From: Fistulifera solaris
Lineage: Eukaryota
NCBI GenBank assembly: GCA_030295235.1
Contig: AP026136.1
Span: 682,001 to 746,000 of the forward strand
Direction: 5' to 3'
Length of the DNA: 64,000 nt
The position numbers and the translations under genes were made by a program. Each line of letters begins with the position of its first letter. Within the stretch, counting starts at the first letter, position 1. A model generated the notes under the pieces. The model was given only the letters and a program-made list of their open reading frames with translations. It searched no databases and was not told where the DNA came from. Below, piece by piece: positions 61,617 to 64,000 of the stretch.

Positions 61617-63915
61617 ATGAACTCTTCACCAAAAACTATTTGCTGCCGAAGACTCGGCGGCTTGCTTTCTTTGATTGTTACATTAGCAGCCCTTTCGGAC
61701 GTTCATTCTTTTCTACATACATGTCGTGTTCTACAATATCCGCAACGAAGCCAAGCCTTTAATCGGCAATGCGTGTTATTACCGTCTACTTCGATGGATG
61801 AAGCCTCTGCTTTTGAGCTAGACTACTACAATCCGAATGAAATTCACCCAAAGACAAAATCACTAGGAAGAAGTGCCATCTTTTTTGGCGAAACGGTGCT
61901 ACAAATGATTTCCGAAAGTCGCAGCAAACGAAAGTACCGTAAATTGAAAAGAGTTTAGAAAAAGCGAAAGGAAAGAAAGAGCAAATATCATGGAGAGATC
62001 GGTTAAGAGAACTAGACGAACAACGACGGAATCTGGTTACCTTGGCAGACTATACTGCTTCCATTGTCGTGCCTTCATTTTCCTTTTTAATACTGGGAGC
62101 TTTCATGATGAGTGTGATACCTCACTTCGAAGCACGATGCGTGTCGTTAGTTGCCACAATGGACCCCAGCAGGCCGAAATTGATCAAAGCACTGATGGGT
62201 TTGGGAGTCAGCACGACTCTCTGTGCCTATTTCACTGGAATGCGCGGTACTCTATTTTGGATTGCCGGTACACGCGTCAATTATAATGTTCGCGTGAAAC
62301 TGCATCGTAATTTGTTGCTTCAAGAAGCTGCTTTTTATGACTCCAATGAGACGGGATATTTGTTGAGTCGTCTCAACAACGACGTCAACAAGATTGGGAA
62401 TGTGGTATCATATCACGTTAATGTCGTCTTCCGCCAATTGGCTCAATTCATTTTTGGAAGCATTTATTTGCTCAAAATAGCTCCTCGACTTGCTCTTTAC
62501 GCATTTGGAGGTATCGCACTCGTTGGTTGGATTTCGATGATTTACGGTAAATTCAACCGTTACCTAAGGTGAGTTTAAAGGAGAGGATTCCGTGGTTTTC
62601 TGTTCAAACGCGTTCTAATCGCCTGCAATAGTCAAAAAGTACAAGATAGTTTTGCTGACGGTACAGCTGTAGCAGAAACATCTTTCTCAATGTCGGAGAC
62701 CATTCGCGCCTTTGATGGGGTTGCAGTTGAATCAGAGAAATATGAGAATGCGCAACACAAGGCTCTTGAGCTAGAAGAGGTGCAAGCATGGGGTTACGGG
62801 ACGCATAAATTTATCAGTGACGGTCTACAATATGCCTTGAAGACACTGTTATTGTTTGCTTGCTGGAGAGCTGGGCTAAACGGTAACTTGCCTGCGTCGC
62901 AGCTCACTGCGTTTTTGTTTTATACCGATTTCGTTCTGGAATCGTCGAATGAAGTTGGCGACCAATGGGCAAAGATTCAGGGTGCATTTGGAGCGAGTAC
63001 AAGTGTCTTTGAACTGATTCGTCGCATTCCGGCAGTGCGTGATCCACCACGAGCACGGGGGCTGATTCTGCCGCTAGCGGATTGCTAGTAAATGGTGCAA
63101 CAGCATCCAAACCGATCGTAACCCTCGACGACGTGACATTGAAATATGAGGCAATGGAGTCCCCTGCTCTCACTCATGTAAATCTAGGCATTCATGCGGG
63201 TGACCGCGTTGCCATTGTTGGAAGGAGCGGCAGTGGGAAATCAAGCATTCTTCGCAGTATACTCCGCTTTTACGATCCCAATGAGGGAAAAATTGAAATT
63301 GGGGGTAAGAACCTTAAGGATATGTCCCGAAAGGAGTTGGCGTCATTACTTGCGCTTGTTTCGCAAGAACCTGATCTTTTCCCTATGACTTTAATGGAGA
63401 ATGTATTATACGGTATGGATAAAGATGCGACCGACTCGGTCACCGGCGAACAATGTTATAGCGACGACCTTCGAAAGAGAACAGAGCAATGTTTGCTGCT
63501 GTCGGGGCTACCAGTCGGGCCTGGCAACGATCTGAATTTGACGCTGGACACCCGAGTCGGAGAAGGTGGCCGCGGACTGTCTGGTGGCCAAAGACAGCGA
63601 GTTGCTATCGCTCGTGCATTGATAAGATCTCCCACAGTACTTCTTCTGGATGAACCCACTTCGGCGTTAGATTCTCAATCGGAAAAATGCGTGCTGACTG
63701 CTTTACAGACTGCTCTAGAAAACTGCAAATGCATGGTAATGGTGACACATCGTCTCGGGGCGGTGCGTTCACTAGGTGTCAATCGTGTGATCGTGATGGA
63801 GAAGGGTGCTATTGTAGAATCTGGACATCCCGAACAGCTTCTTCGAGACAAGGATAGCCTATACACTTTGCTAGCGCGAGAGCAAGGAATTGTGGCCCAG
63901 AGTATCGAAACATAA
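61617..63915 (+). CDS. ABCB-type half transporter (TMD + NBD)
   Basis: LLLQEAAFYDSNETGYLLSRLNND; Walker A GRSGSGKS; LSGGQRQRVAIARAL; LLLDEPTSALD; VTHR. Intron 62569-62631; homopolymer frameshifts at ~61941 and ~63060. Confidence 0.92.
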
Positions 63916-64000
63916 GATAACAGCTTTGATTTTGCCTGTAACGAAATAGAGCTGTAAGTAGAAGTTGTTTGTGCTTCGAAACGTTTTGGCATTTGAGCGA

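Noticed and set aside
1940..63065. Programmed ribosomal frameshifting or mass pseudogenisation
   Set aside because: Shifts occur in both directions, on all four bases, with no shared slippery motif; consensus error is the simpler explanation.

Overview
Gene-dense eukaryotic nuclear DNA, almost certainly a diatom: short GT-AG introns, a plastid-targeting 'SSAFAP' motif, an LCIB/theta-CA, a type III metacaspase, and helicase-associated-domain and diatom-style HMG/bZIP factors. About 28 protein-coding genes can be reconstructed, mostly housekeeping (RRP12, NAA30, two USPs, PDX2, DNAJC7-like, ALDH, PP1 inhibitor-3, SNF8, SulP/SLC26, ABCB). Many carry single-base indels in homopolymer runs, which look like long-read consensus errors. 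Non-routine content: (i) a secreted, catalytically degenerate alpha-carbonic-anhydrase-like protein split by three 8-Cys repeats and an RXL-flanked acidic segment; (ii) a degenerate CRE-like (RT + restriction-like endonuclease) non-LTR retrotransposon next to a ~33-bp hairpin-forming repeat array; (iii) a dispersed ~190-230-bp repeat family with an exact 22-nt core at three loci; (iv) many unrelated 7-bp tandem duplications in long upstream regions; (v) an Mpv17/PMP22-ACT fusion and a small protein with an eIF5A-like C-terminal domain. Family assignments come from motif recognition by eye; no database search was run. No tRNA, rRNA or CRISPR array was recognised.
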